From assembly GCA_011364965.1 (NCBI GenBank), contig RDOB01000007.1:1-64000 (forward strand): a stretch of DNA of 64,000 nt. Reading direction: 5' to 3'. The position numbers and the translations under genes are program-made. Below are positions 39,344 to 48,955 of the stretch, piece after piece (the first letter of the stretch is position 1; every line of letters starts with the position of its first letter). The DNA comes from Candidatus Heimdallarchaeota archaeon (GTDB lineage Archaea; Asgardarchaeota; Heimdallarchaeia; Hodarchaeales; Hodarchaeaceae). Under the pieces are notes generated by a model. That model saw nothing but the letters and a program-made list of their open reading frames with translations. It was not told the DNA's origin and searched no databases.

Positions 39344-40546
39344 TTATACAATTTCCTTTAGTATTTTTAGTATCTGGAGTTCTTGGGCAGTTGTTTTTAT
39401 TGTACTTCCAGAATAGTGAGTTTTTCCGCTGTTATACTTCTTTTCTCTTAATTTTTCAATAATAATTTCCGTTGGAGGTATTCGGGTTCCTACTTTTTTT
39501 GCTAGAGCCTGTAGATCATACGACCAAGGTTGATCAATATTAACTTCTCCTTTCATGTTGTCTAACACTTTTAATAGGGTCTTTTTAGTTCCCAAATTTT
39601 CCATATGGGGGTCTAAAATGATCTTTTGAATAAGATTTTCATTTTGTAAATGCCCCAAATACAATGGTCCTACCCTTGCAATTTCTGTAGAAGAACATTT
39701 TGAACACTGGACATTCTTGTCTCCGATATGTGTCATAAATATTGTCTGGCATTTTCTACAACGATTTAGAAAACCTGTTTTATCAAGTACCCTAGCCACT
39801 CCCCGATAACGAAGAAAGAATGAACGAATGAAATGTCTATGATAGAAGGTCAAGATGGGTATTAATGATTGGTTAATAATCAATCCCACATGTTGAACTC
39901 CTGTTGTTAATGCTCTAGATGCCAGTTCATGGATATTCCCTATTCGTTCGTCAAATTGACTTAAACAATATTTAGAGAATAATGCTTTTGGATATATACC
40001 TGCCAAGCTTGCTAGATCAGTTGACGTGACCGCAATAAGTCCTTCAATTCCTACAATTTTTATACTATTTAATATAAATGGAATTGGGCTGCCAAATGGA
40101 TCAATATCAACGAAATCAAAGTTCTTATTGTTTTGATGGTGCATCTGAAGAAAATCATTTGCGTCTTGATTGAATACTCTAAAATATTTGGATTCTAATG
40201 ATAAATTCTTAATATTCCGAGTAGTATAAATTGTTGCAATAGTATTGCTGTCATTACAATATAAATCAGAAGTAGGTGTTTCTAATAAATAGCGCCCACT
40301 CCGTATCCCGACTCCGCATAAAGGTTCACACCCCCGAAGGGGAGTTTTATTCAGAAATATGCTATAAGCTCGTAAAACTAATACAGAAAGATCTCTATTG
40401 ATTTCTTGATATGGATTAAAAAACACATCATCTGTTTTTTTTGGGACTTTCTGCTCTCGAGTACTTGAAGGGATTTTAAATGAACCTAATCCTTCTTTGA
40501 TGGTTTTTAATTCTTGAGAATTCTCCATAAAGGACTCATCCCTCAT
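39344..40546 (-). CDS. trm1: tRNA (guanine-26-N2)-dimethyltransferase
   Basis: VFFNP...NRDLS, GVGIRSGRY, VDIDPFGSP, GPLYLG. Confidence 0.93.
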   Translation of the reverse strand: MRDESFMENSQELKTIKEGLGSFKIPSSTREQKVPKKTDDVFFNPYQEINRDLSVLVLRAYSIFLNKTPLRGCEPLCGVGIRSGRYLLETPTSDLYCNDSNTIATIYTTRNIKNLSLESKYFRVFNQDANDFLQMHHQNNKNFDFVDIDPFGSPIPFILNSIKIVGIEGLIAVTSTDLASLAGIYPKALFSKYCLSQFDERIGNIHELASRALTTGVQHVGLIINQSLIPILTFYHRHFIRSFFLRYRGVARVLDKTGFLNRCRKCQTIFMTHIGDKNVQCSKCSSTEIARVGPLYLGHLQNENLIQKIILDPHMENLGTKKTLLKVLDNMKGEVNIDQPWSYDLQALAKKVGTRIPPTEIIIEKLREKKYNSGKTHYSGSTIKTTAQELQILKILKEIV

Positions 40547-41192
40547 CAGCTAATAGCAAAAATGCTATATTATACTTTACTTTACCGCGACCTTTACCTT
40601 TCGTTGCTACAATATACGTTTCAGCACTGCTGGATCGGGATGTCGGAGGTTTGTGAACCTTAACGACTTCATAATACTCTTTAATCTTTGCTATTAGATC
40701 CTTAAAATATTCCCCATGAAAAACTTTCGTTAAAAAAGCTGATGCTAGAAAATAATTGGAAATCCCGAGAGAAACTTCAGCTAACCAAATTTGCCGTGCG
40801 TGATCTGTAACCCAATGCCCAGAGACATTTGGGGAGCAATCTGCAAGCACTATATGTTCTCGATGTTCCACACCGTGTTTAATAATGCTCTCTTGAAGGA
40901 GATGAATCGTATCGAGTTGTGTAATATCACCTTGAATAATCTCTGTGATTTTTGGAATAGGCCGGACTCTTGCCATGTCAACTAAAAAAATTGCTGCCTT
41001 GGATTGAGTTTGATCTCGTGCTATTTGAGAAAATCCTCCAGGTGCGCCACAGAGATCGATTATGGTTTGATTTTCTCTAAAAATATTGAACTTTTTATCA
41101 ATTTGAAGTAATTTATAAGCTGCTCGACTCCTGAATCCTTCTTGTTTTGCTTTTTTTGAATAAAAGTCTCGTTTTTTCCGCAGATAAAACAC
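40536..41192 (-). CDS. rlmE: 23S rRNA 2'-O-methyltransferase RlmE/FtsJ
   Basis: GFRSRAAYKL, DLCGAPGG, DCSPNVSG, KPPTSR..SAETY. Confidence 0.93.
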   Translation of the reverse strand: MFYLRKKRDFYSKKAKQEGFRSRAAYKLLQIDKKFNIFRENQTIIDLCGAPGGFSQIARDQTQSKAAIFLVDMARVRPIPKITEIIQGDITQLDTIHLLQESIIKHGVEHREHIVLADCSPNVSGHWVTDHARQIWLAEVSLGISNYFLASAFLTKVFHGEYFKDLIAKIKEYYEVVKVHKPPTSRSSSAETYIVATKGKGRGKVKYNIAFLLLADEG

Positions 41193-41217
41193 CCAATGAT
41201 ATAATTTAGTGATTGAT

Positions 41218-41628
41218 TTATTTCCTTCTTCTAGGTTTGAAATCTTTCCTCTCTTGTGTTTCCCCTCTTAATCGCTGGATTCTTTTTGGTCTCTTTTTCT
41301 TTGCTTCTTTAAGGAGCTCTTTCTTTTGTTTTTCTAAAGCTGGTCGAATGTAAGACCTTACCTGATTACTAAGATCCTTCAGTGTTTGTTGTTTACCTAT
41401 TTTTTTCTCAACAAGAATTATTCCATTTGGTTCCCACCAGTGGCGGGGATATGCAGCATCCTTTCGAGTTTCATAACTAAGACCAATTTTTTCCGCTGCT
41501 AAACGTAATTCTGTTAGTGATGGGTTTTCAATTGCTTCATTCAGCGGTAGTCTGCGCCCCTCCTTCCTTGTAAGGGATTTATCAAAATATTCAGGAAATA
41601 TAAAGTAATGAGTATTATCTAAACGCAA
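41218..41628 (-). CDS. srp19: Signal recognition particle protein SRP19
   Basis: IFPEYFD..LTRKEGRRLP...AIENP, AYPRHWW. Confidence 0.95.
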   Translation of the reverse strand: MRLDNTHYFIFPEYFDKSLTRKEGRRLPLNEAIENPSLTELRLAAEKIGLSYETRKDAAYPRHWWEPNGIILVEKKIGKQQTLKDLSNQVRSYIRPALEKQKKELLKEAKKKRPKRIQRLRGETQERKDFKPRRRK

Positions 41629-41912
41629 TTTTTTTCTCTACTCCGATTAACTTGGGCTAGTTTCAAAATTATATGTTTTTTCATGATACTGTAATCATTA
41701 CAATAGGTAATTCAACATTTGGTCGTTTTGCGTGTAATAGAGAAAAACCAATAATATAACAGCATATGGTTCATTCAAGGACTTTATGTATCGTAATAAG
41801 GTCAATTCCCCTCACTTTCATTGTACAGAAAGATTTAATCTAAATAAATTAAAATCAAATGTTGAGAAAGGTTTTACTTTGGATTTACGGACATTTAATG
41901 AGATGAGAGAAA

Positions 41913-43706
41913 ATGGTAACCAATCCAGAAAAATCTCCTTTAATGAGGAGTCCTATTACAGTAATTTTAGGTCATGTGGATTCTGGAAAAACCAGTTTAT
42001 TGGATAAAGTTCGCGGAACTGCTGTACAATCGAGAGAATCAGGTGGAATAACGCAGCATATTGGCGCCAGTTTTTTTCCCATTGAAACTGTTAATTCATT
42101 ATGTGGTTCTTTACTTGCACCTGGAAAGAGAACATTACAAATTCCAGGGATTTTGATAATCGACACTCCTGGGCACAGTTCCTTTATGAATTTAAGACAA
42201 AGAGGAGCAAGTGCAGCCAATTTTGCTATCCTTGTTGTAGATGTTCGACGGGGAATACAACCACAAACTGTTGAATCTTTACGTATATTGGTAAAACAAA
42301 AAGTTCCATTCTTAATTGCAGCAAATAAAGTAGATCGTCTTCCTGGATGGAAGAGTAATCTAAATATATCAATGGCTAAATCTTTAAGGGATCAACCGCC
42401 ATCCGCTTTGGAGGCACTTGATGCAATAATTTATGATATAATGGCAGAACTTAGTCATTTTAATATTGAACCAGAGCGATTTGATAAAATCAAGAACTTT
42501 GCAAAGAAAGTAGCTATCATCCCTACATCTGCTATAACTGGCGAGGGAATCCCCGAATTATTTCTGGTATTGGCAACACTAACTGAGCAATATCTTCGAA
42601 CTCAACTTGAATTACACTTAAATAAAGGTCGAGGAGTAGTTTTAGAAGTAAAAAAAGAAGTGGGCCTTGGAACAACACTTGATGTGATTCTTTTTGATGG
42701 CGTAATCAAACAAAATTCACAAATAGTGATCGCTGGAGTCAATGGGCCGATCTCTACATATATTCGGGCAATATTATTACCAAAGGATTTAGATGAAATA
42801 AGGGATCCTCGGAATAAATTTGAGAATGTAGATCAAGCTGTCGCCGCTATCGGAGTAAAACTTGTTGCACCCAACATTGATGATGCCATAGCCGGTTCTT
42901 CACTTTATGTAGTCGATGATTACGAGAAAGCTGAGGCTGTTCATCGGATTGAGGAGGAGCTAGCTAATATTCTTGTAGAAACCGATGAGGCAGGAGTTAT
43001 TGTGAAAGCTGACACCTTGGGTTCATTAGAAGCTCTTGTGAATTATCTAAGAGACAATAATATTCACATAAGATTTGCATCAGTAGGTGATGTGACCAAA
43101 AAGGATGTATACCAAGCATCTTTATCAAAAGATGAAAATAAGCTCTATGGTGTTATTCTAAGTTTCAGAACAAATTCCACTTTAGAAGCAATAGATGAAG
43201 CTGAGAAACATCAGATTCCAATTATTGGAAGTGACATTATATATCGATTGGGAGAGGAATATCAAAATTACGAGTATGAAGTCCAGAAACAGCTGGAGCA
43301 AGAAGCACTTAAAGGCATTGTGAGACCTGGGAAAATTAAGGTTCTCCCATACGTCTTTCGGCAGTGTAAACCATGTATTGTTGGTGTTGAGGTTTTATCG
43401 GGGACACTTACACCTCAAGTGGATCTAATAAATCGAGAAAACAAAAAGATAGGGACTTTAATTCAAATTCAAGATAAAGGGGAAAACTTATCAGAAGCTA
43501 AGGTTAATGAACAAGTCGCAGTTGCTATCAAAGGTCCTACTCACGGACGACAGATAGAAGAAGGAGATGAGCTCTGGGTAGATGTTCCTGAATCTCATTC
43601 TCGAAGAATCTTGAAAGAAAAACTCCTCTCCCCGACTGAAATGGATGCTCTTAATGAGCTAGTCGAAATTAAACGAAGGACTGCGAACAAGTATTGGGCA
43701 CTGTAA
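41913..43706 (+). CDS. infB: Translation initiation factor aIF5B/IF-2
   Basis: RSPITVILGHVDSGKT, GGITQHIGAS, IDTPGH, KADTLGSLEAL. Confidence 0.97.
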   Translation: MVTNPEKSPLMRSPITVILGHVDSGKTSLLDKVRGTAVQSRESGGITQHIGASFFPIETVNSLCGSLLAPGKRTLQIPGILIIDTPGHSSFMNLRQRGASAANFAILVVDVRRGIQPQTVESLRILVKQKVPFLIAANKVDRLPGWKSNLNISMAKSLRDQPPSALEALDAIIYDIMAELSHFNIEPERFDKIKNFAKKVAIIPTSAITGEGIPELFLVLATLTEQYLRTQLELHLNKGRGVVLEVKKEVGLGTTLDVILFDGVIKQNSQIVIAGVNGPISTYIRAILLPKDLDEIRDPRNKFENVDQAVAAIGVKLVAPNIDDAIAGSSLYVVDDYEKAEAVHRIEEELANILVETDEAGVIVKADTLGSLEALVNYLRDNNIHIRFASVGDVTKKDVYQASLSKDENKLYGVILSFRTNSTLEAIDEAEKHQIPIIGSDIIYRLGEEYQNYEYEVQKQLEQEALKGIVRPGKIKVLPYVFRQCKPCIVGVEVLSGTLTPQVDLINRENKKIGTLIQIQDKGENLSEAKVNEQVAVAIKGPTHGRQIEEGDELWVDVPESHSRRILKEKLLSPTEMDALNELVEIKRRTANKYWAL

Positions 43707-43846
43707 GAAAAAAATTACTACAACAACAATTAAGAATCTCAAACTTCCGCACATCTAATGACACCTATACATCTATAATCTGATGTATTTTTATCCCCAA
43801 CATTATTCGGTTACTTGATATTATTAAAAAGATAAGAGATGAGTTT

Positions 43847-44227
43847 ATGGTAAGATTTCAACTTAATATAGCAGATGGGAAACAAAGTTACAAGAAGGAA
43901 ATCGATGCGGATGCCATGACCCGTCAACTCATAGGAAAATCGCTTGGTGATGAGCTTGAAGGAGAGGTAATCGGTTTTGATGGTTATCACTTCAGAATTA
44001 CAGGAGGAAGTGATCATGCAGGCTTTCCAATGGCACCAGGTATCGAAGGAGCGATGCCTAAACGAATTTTAATTGGTCATAGGGGAGTAGGATATAAACC
44101 TACACGAGCTGGAAAACGAAGACGGAAGCGAGTTCGTGGGGCAATGATAAGCGAAGATATATATCAAATAAATCTAAAGATTCTAAAAAGAGAAAACAAA
44201 GCAAAATCAATAGAAGAATTACTTTAA
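43847..44227 (+). CDS. rps6e: Ribosomal protein eS6
   Basis: ITGGSDHAGFPM, RRRKRVRG, QINLKI. Confidence 0.96.
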   Translation: MVRFQLNIADGKQSYKKEIDADAMTRQLIGKSLGDELEGEVIGFDGYHFRITGGSDHAGFPMAPGIEGAMPKRILIGHRGVGYKPTRAGKRRRKRVRGAMISEDIYQINLKILKRENKAKSIEELL

Positions 44228-44246
44228 GAGATTTTCGAGGCTTGAT

Positions 44247-45563
44247 ATGCCAGTTAAGAAGAGAAAAAGCACCCGAAAAAGGAAAACACCAGCTGCAGTT
44301 GCGGCTATAAGTGTACAGGAAATTCCAAACCAAGCCGAGATTTCCATAGGCATGATTGGACATGTAGATCATGGTAAATCCACTTTAACAAAAGCATTAA
44401 CTGGAAAATTCCCTGATACTCATAGTGAGGAAATTCGGAGAGGGATCTCAATTCGCTTGGGGTACGCAGAAGTAGAATTTCGTGCATGCCCTGAATGTGC
44501 AAGCCCCGAAAAATATACCACACAAAAGATTTGTCAAATCTGTGGCAAAGAAACAACTCTTCTAAGGCGAGTAGCATTTGTAGATGCCCCTGGCCACGAA
44601 GTCCTTATGGCAACAATGTTATCTGGCGCAAGTATCATGGATGCTGCGATTCTAGTAGTCGCAGCTAATGAACGTGTCCCCATGCCTCAAACAAGAGAGC
44701 ATCTTGCTGCTATGGATATTATTGGAATGGAAAATATCATTATTTGTCAAAATAAAATTGAACTAATAAGCGAGAAAGCTGCAATACAAAATTATAAAGA
44801 TTTAAAGTCTTTTATCTCGACTACATCCGCTAAAAAAGCTCCAATTATCCCAATAAGCGCAGTACATAATACAAACTTGGATATTCTCATTCAAAATATA
44901 GAAGAAAATCTCCCTACTCCAGAACGAGATGATACTCTTTCTCCCAGAATGCTGGTTGCTAGATCTTTTGATATAAATAAACCTGGACAACCACCCATGG
45001 GTTTAAGAGGAGGGGTTGTCGGTGGAAGCATTATTCAAGGTAAATTTAGTGTTGGAGATGATGTGGAAATCCACCCAGGTATCCGAAAAGGAAATAAATG
45101 GGAATTTCTTCGAACTGAGATATCTAGTTTAAGAAGTGGATTTGGAGAGCTTGAAACTGCTCTCCCAGGAGGATTGATTGGTCTTGGAACTAATCTAGAT
45201 CCTGCATTGACGAAGAGTGACTCCCTTGTTGGACAAATCGTTGGTTATCCTGACGAATTACCTCCCTCGTGGGATATTCTACATTTTGATCAACACTTAA
45301 TGGAAAGGGTTGTTGGTAGTGAAATTCAATCTGCAGTAACAAATATTGAACTGAATGAGAATTTAATGTTGAGTGTTGGGACTGCAAAAACTGTCGGAAA
45401 GGTAGAGCAATTAAGTAAAAAAGGTATTCAACTTTCTCTTCGAATTCCTGTTTGTGCAGAGATTGGTACTCGAATAGCTATCAGTAGACAGATTGATCGT
45501 CGGTGGCGGTTAATCGGCTGGGGAGTAATAAAGGGGGGAACTGAGTTACGAACCCGCAATTAA
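44247..45563 (+). CDS. eif2g: Translation initiation factor aIF2 gamma subunit
   Basis: GHVDHGKS, RRGISIRLGYA, Zn knuckle, DAPGHE, RWRLIGWG. Confidence 0.97.
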   Translation: MPVKKRKSTRKRKTPAAVAAISVQEIPNQAEISIGMIGHVDHGKSTLTKALTGKFPDTHSEEIRRGISIRLGYAEVEFRACPECASPEKYTTQKICQICGKETTLLRRVAFVDAPGHEVLMATMLSGASIMDAAILVVAANERVPMPQTREHLAAMDIIGMENIIICQNKIELISEKAAIQNYKDLKSFISTTSAKKAPIIPISAVHNTNLDILIQNIEENLPTPERDDTLSPRMLVARSFDINKPGQPPMGLRGGVVGGSIIQGKFSVGDDVEIHPGIRKGNKWEFLRTEISSLRSGFGELETALPGGLIGLGTNLDPALTKSDSLVGQIVGYPDELPPSWDILHFDQHLMERVVGSEIQSAVTNIELNENLMLSVGTAKTVGKVEQLSKKGIQLSLRIPVCAEIGTRIAISRQIDRRWRLIGWGVIKGGTELRTRN

Positions 45564-45976
45564 ATTCCGATTCAAATCTTAATTCAGCAATCCATATTAT
45601 TCTGGATTCAAATTTTGTAATGGCAATCACTCAGATGAAAGGTTTGAGCATAAACGATGAACTTGATCGTGTTGTTCCTAGATTACGGAAACTAATTGCA
45701 CTGAGTCCAATAAAAGAAGAACTAATCAAATTATCCCAAACAGGAAATTCTAAGACCCGAATGCAAGCTAAAATTGGTCTAAAATTCATAGAAAAGTATG
45801 CTAATACTCAAGAAGTCACTTATTTTCATAAAAACATAGACTTTATTCTTTTAGACTACGCAGAGAAACAGAAGGGAATAATTGCTACCAATGATCGAAA
45901 ATTACGGAAATTTGCAGGGAAAAAAGGAATAAAAACACTTTATATTAGAAATCGCCAGTTTTTAGAATTGAAGTAA
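45545..45976 (+). CDS. PIN-domain protein (Fcf1/Utp24-like); true start uncertain and upstream of the first ATG at 45620
   Basis: In-frame IILDSNFVM ahead of the ATG; EEL, IDFILL, IATNDRKLR; conserved position after eif2g. Confidence 0.8.
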   Translation, partial: VTNPQLNSDSNLNSAIHIILDSNFVMAITQMKGLSINDELDRVVPRLRKLIALSPIKEELIKLSQTGNSKTRMQAKIGLKFIEKYANTQEVTYFHKNIDFILLDYAEKQKGIIATNDRKLRKFAGKKGIKTLYIRNRQFLELK

Positions 45977-46110
45977 ACGAAATTTAATGTATTTTAAATT
46001 CAACTTCTATAGGGAGATTCATAAATACACATATATTTGAGGTTTTACGGCATTTCTGAAGATTAAAAGTAAATTAATCCCTAAACATTTTAATGGAAAT
46101 ATTATAAATA

Positions 46111-46183
46111 GCCGCTGTGGCTTAGTTGGTAGAGCGACAGACTTGTAATCTGTTGGTCGAGGGTTCAAGTCCCTCCAGCGGCT
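46111..46183 (+). tRNA. tRNA-Thr(TGT)
   Basis: GCCGCTG/CAGCGGC acceptor; ACAGA-CTTGTAA-TCTGT anticodon arm. Confidence 0.95.
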
Positions 46184-46468
46184 TTAGACTCATTTTTTTA
46201 TTCTTTACGTTTTTAATCTGTTAACAAATTTGATTTATCAATATAGACACCATAATTTGCTAGATTCATTTTGTTTTGAGAGAAATTTCTTATGTATGAA
46301 GGGAATATCAATTTTATATAGCTTGAAAAAGGAGGCATCTCTGAGTTTAATAAATATGAAAACTTCCTCCTAGAGCAATTATGCACGCGAGGATACTTGT
46401 AGATATTAGGAAAATCTTCCTTAGGGAATTTTAAATTCTAAAATAATTCAAATATTGCGTGAATTAAA

Positions 46469-46882
46469 ATGAATTCGTCTGATTTAACAATTTCATGGAA
46501 CTATCTAGATACGGGTCATTGTGCATTCAAAACCAAGTCAACAAAACCTGGAAAAATTCGATGTAGCCATTTGTTTACTGTTACTGGTGCTCATAAATTT
46601 ACTGATTGCCCATTAATTCAACCAACCTATGTTTCCTTTCAACGCCAAGAAGAACTTGTTTATCTAATAGAGAAACATCCAAAAGAAGCTCCTGCTTCAA
46701 TGTGGGGGTTTACTGAACTTCCAGCAGATAGAGAGAAAGCGAGGAAAATAGTAGAGAAAGCTGTTAAAAATCTTAACCACGATTTAAAACAAACCATCTG
46801 GAACCGCTTTGAACAACAATTTGATGTTGCTGAAGTAGTAAAAGCCAGTGAAGAATTGAAGGAAGAAGAAGAGGAAGATTAG
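46469..46882 (+). CDS. mak16: Mak16/eL28-family protein
   Basis: SD..W....GHCAFK....C....VTG.H....CPL....Y.....VYL.EK...P..MW....L....A, collinear with the eukaryotic Mak16 N-domain; acidic tail. Confidence 0.8.
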   Translation: MNSSDLTISWNYLDTGHCAFKTKSTKPGKIRCSHLFTVTGAHKFTDCPLIQPTYVSFQRQEELVYLIEKHPKEAPASMWGFTELPADREKARKIVEKAVKNLNHDLKQTIWNRFEQQFDVAEVVKASEELKEEEEED

Positions 46883-46910
46883 CTTCCTCAGAGAATATTG
46901 TTATAATATT

Positions 46911-46987
46911 AAACGAGCGCCTATGATGAAACCTGACAAGCATGAGAAATTCGATGAAATATTATAGTTACTCTGAGCTGCTCGTTT
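46911..46987 (+). ncRNA. Dual-guide box C/D sRNA predicted to target LSU rRNA H69 and H71
   Basis: Terminal stem AAACGAGC/GCTCGTTT; C 46923-29, D' ATGA 46942-45, C' TCGATGA 46951-57, D CTGA 46973-76; guides complementary to conserved AGUAACUAUAA and CUUGUC(A)GGU. Confidence 0.9.
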
Positions 46988-47072
46988 TTTTCATTCTATT
47001 CCATTTATGGGCTTTTATCTTGTTGATGAACAATGATGAACAATCTAGCAAACTCTGGAAGTTCATATTGAT

Positions 47073-48188
47073 TTGATATCTTCCAATGAATTTAATTTTC
47101 TAATAGGAAAAAATGTTATTTTATTACGCTTGGGAGGCGAATTGGGAGTAAAAAGTAGACGTACTCGTTCTAGAATGGTCAGGCAATTAAGTTACAATAT
47201 AGAACAAACTCAATCTTTTCAAGCCTGTAGTTCATGTAAAATTACCTCTTATAGAAATCGTTTGGTGATTTGGTCAGAAAATGTAACAGATTGGGCTCCT
47301 TTGGCGAAAGAGATTTCAGAAACGGTCAGTGGGGTCTCTTCGCTTAGTCTCGCTATTGTTCTTGATTCAAATAAAGAAACTATAATATGTAAAGCATATA
47401 ATTCAATAAAAGATGAATTGAGACCCGAAATAAGTTTTGCAGTGAGAGTACGACGAGAAGGAAAACATTCTTACTCGTCAAGAGACATCGCAAGAGAACT
47501 TGGATCGAAAATATTGGAATCTAACATCTTGAATTTAAGAGTTGATCTAGAAAGACCTGATTTAGAAATTTTTCTTGACATTCGAGGCTCTCTTGCCTTT
47601 ATTTATACGCGAATATTGTCCGCAATGGATGGAATTCCTTCTAAAGTTCAGGGTAAAGCGATTATGATTCTTAAACCACATTATAATTCACTTCTTGCTG
47701 CATTTTTAATGAAAAAAAGAGGAGTTGAAATAATTCCTGTTTTTTTTGAAACAGGCCACGAATTAGAGAAGATATTTCAAGATTATACACAAAAACTATT
47801 CTTCCAAAAAATGAGAAAAAGGTCAATTCAATCTAGTTTGGAGAGATTTAAAGATAGTAAATCACTATGTTTTCTCTGTCAGGCTTTTTGTGAGGCCTAT
47901 TGCCAAGAAATCGCTATTAATGAGAATATAGGTACAATAATATCCCCCACCTGCTTCAAATTTAATAAAGAAACTATTTCATTGCCAGCTCTCGAATTCC
48001 TTGAATCTACTTCTAAATTACCTGTGCTTCGTCCAATTCAATTCGGTTATTTTGGTGAAAGTTTAAAACTTGAAGTCCCTGATAGTGGCACATGTTGTAG
48101 ATATCGGTCCACACTAGAAATCCTTATCTCAAATGATATTAAGGAAGCTACAAAGAAATTCTTTGATTTTTCTAGAAAACAAGATTAA
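47073..48188 (+). CDS. ThiI-like THUMP-domain protein with degenerate PP-loop
   Basis: LRLGGELGVKS, SFAVRVRREGKH, VDLERPD, DGIP...QGK; LKPHYNS in place of LSGGIDS. Confidence 0.75.
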   Translation: MISSNEFNFLIGKNVILLRLGGELGVKSRRTRSRMVRQLSYNIEQTQSFQACSSCKITSYRNRLVIWSENVTDWAPLAKEISETVSGVSSLSLAIVLDSNKETIICKAYNSIKDELRPEISFAVRVRREGKHSYSSRDIARELGSKILESNILNLRVDLERPDLEIFLDIRGSLAFIYTRILSAMDGIPSKVQGKAIMILKPHYNSLLAAFLMKKRGVEIIPVFFETGHELEKIFQDYTQKLFFQKMRKRSIQSSLERFKDSKSLCFLCQAFCEAYCQEIAINENIGTIISPTCFKFNKETISLPALEFLESTSKLPVLRPIQFGYFGESLKLEVPDSGTCCRYRSTLEILISNDIKEATKKFFDFSRKQD

Positions 48189-48189
48189 A

Positions 48190-48798
48190 TTATTCCACAA
48201 TTCTCTTAATGATCTCACCATTTGGTGTAGTCTCAGAATAAATAATTCCTTCAAAAATAGAAATTTTTGTATCGAGATTTCGCCATATGTTTGGCGGAAG
48301 ATTAGCTTTCATGCAGACATAATCAAGGTAACTTTCTAAATCCCATCTTTGTTCTACAGCTACTTGAGGAAGTAATAAACCTCTAAAGTGCCCCCGTTCC
48401 GCAATAAGTCCGTGTTTTCCGATTTTAATCAAATTAAAATAGTCTTTAGGATCATTTATTTCTAGTAACTGAGGTACCGTTAAGATGGTAACTTCCACAA
48501 TTACGTTTTTCATTTCATTTAAGGTGACCGAAGGAAACCTTGGGTCGTTGATAGCTGCATCTATTGCAGAATCTATAGTCGATTGGATTAATGTGCTTCT
48601 CGGACTTTCAATTCGTCCAATACATCCCCTTAATTTTTCTCTCGACCCTTCGATAGTGTGTAATGTAACAAATACGCCTGATTGGTCAAAAAGATCCTTG
48701 GGGGCATCATCAGGAATTTTCAGTTTGCTATGAGTCACCAAATATGTTTCTATTGTATTCCTTGCCAATTTGACTAGATATTCTCCAGAATAGGACAC
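48190..48798 (-). CDS. AMMECR1/AmmeMemoRadiSam protein A
   Basis: GVFVTL, LRGCIG, DPRFP, GLLLPQV, CMKA. Confidence 0.93.
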   Translation of the reverse strand: MSYSGEYLVKLARNTIETYLVTHSKLKIPDDAPKDLFDQSGVFVTLHTIEGSREKLRGCIGRIESPRSTLIQSTIDSAIDAAINDPRFPSVTLNEMKNVIVEVTILTVPQLLEINDPKDYFNLIKIGKHGLIAERGHFRGLLLPQVAVEQRWDLESYLDYVCMKANLPPNIWRNLDTKISIFEGIIYSETTPNGEIIKRIVE

Positions 48799-48955
48799 TC
48801 TAAGGACTCCATCAATGATTGGATATACATTAAAACTCTATACTTAATCTGAAAAATATCTAGTCCTTTTTAAAAAGGGTTATTATTATAATTCAAAACT
48901 CGTACAAATGAGAGCTAACAACCTAAAGTTAAATTGAAAAGGATGAGGACTGAAA

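Noticed and set aside
45525-45563. Possible -1 frameshift fusing aIF2-gamma to the PIN domain at AAAGGGGGG
   Set aside because: The -1 frame has a TGA at 45542, just after the slippery run
47021-47060. TGATGAACAA tandem repeat that looks like another C box
   Set aside because: No properly spaced D/D' boxes or terminal stem
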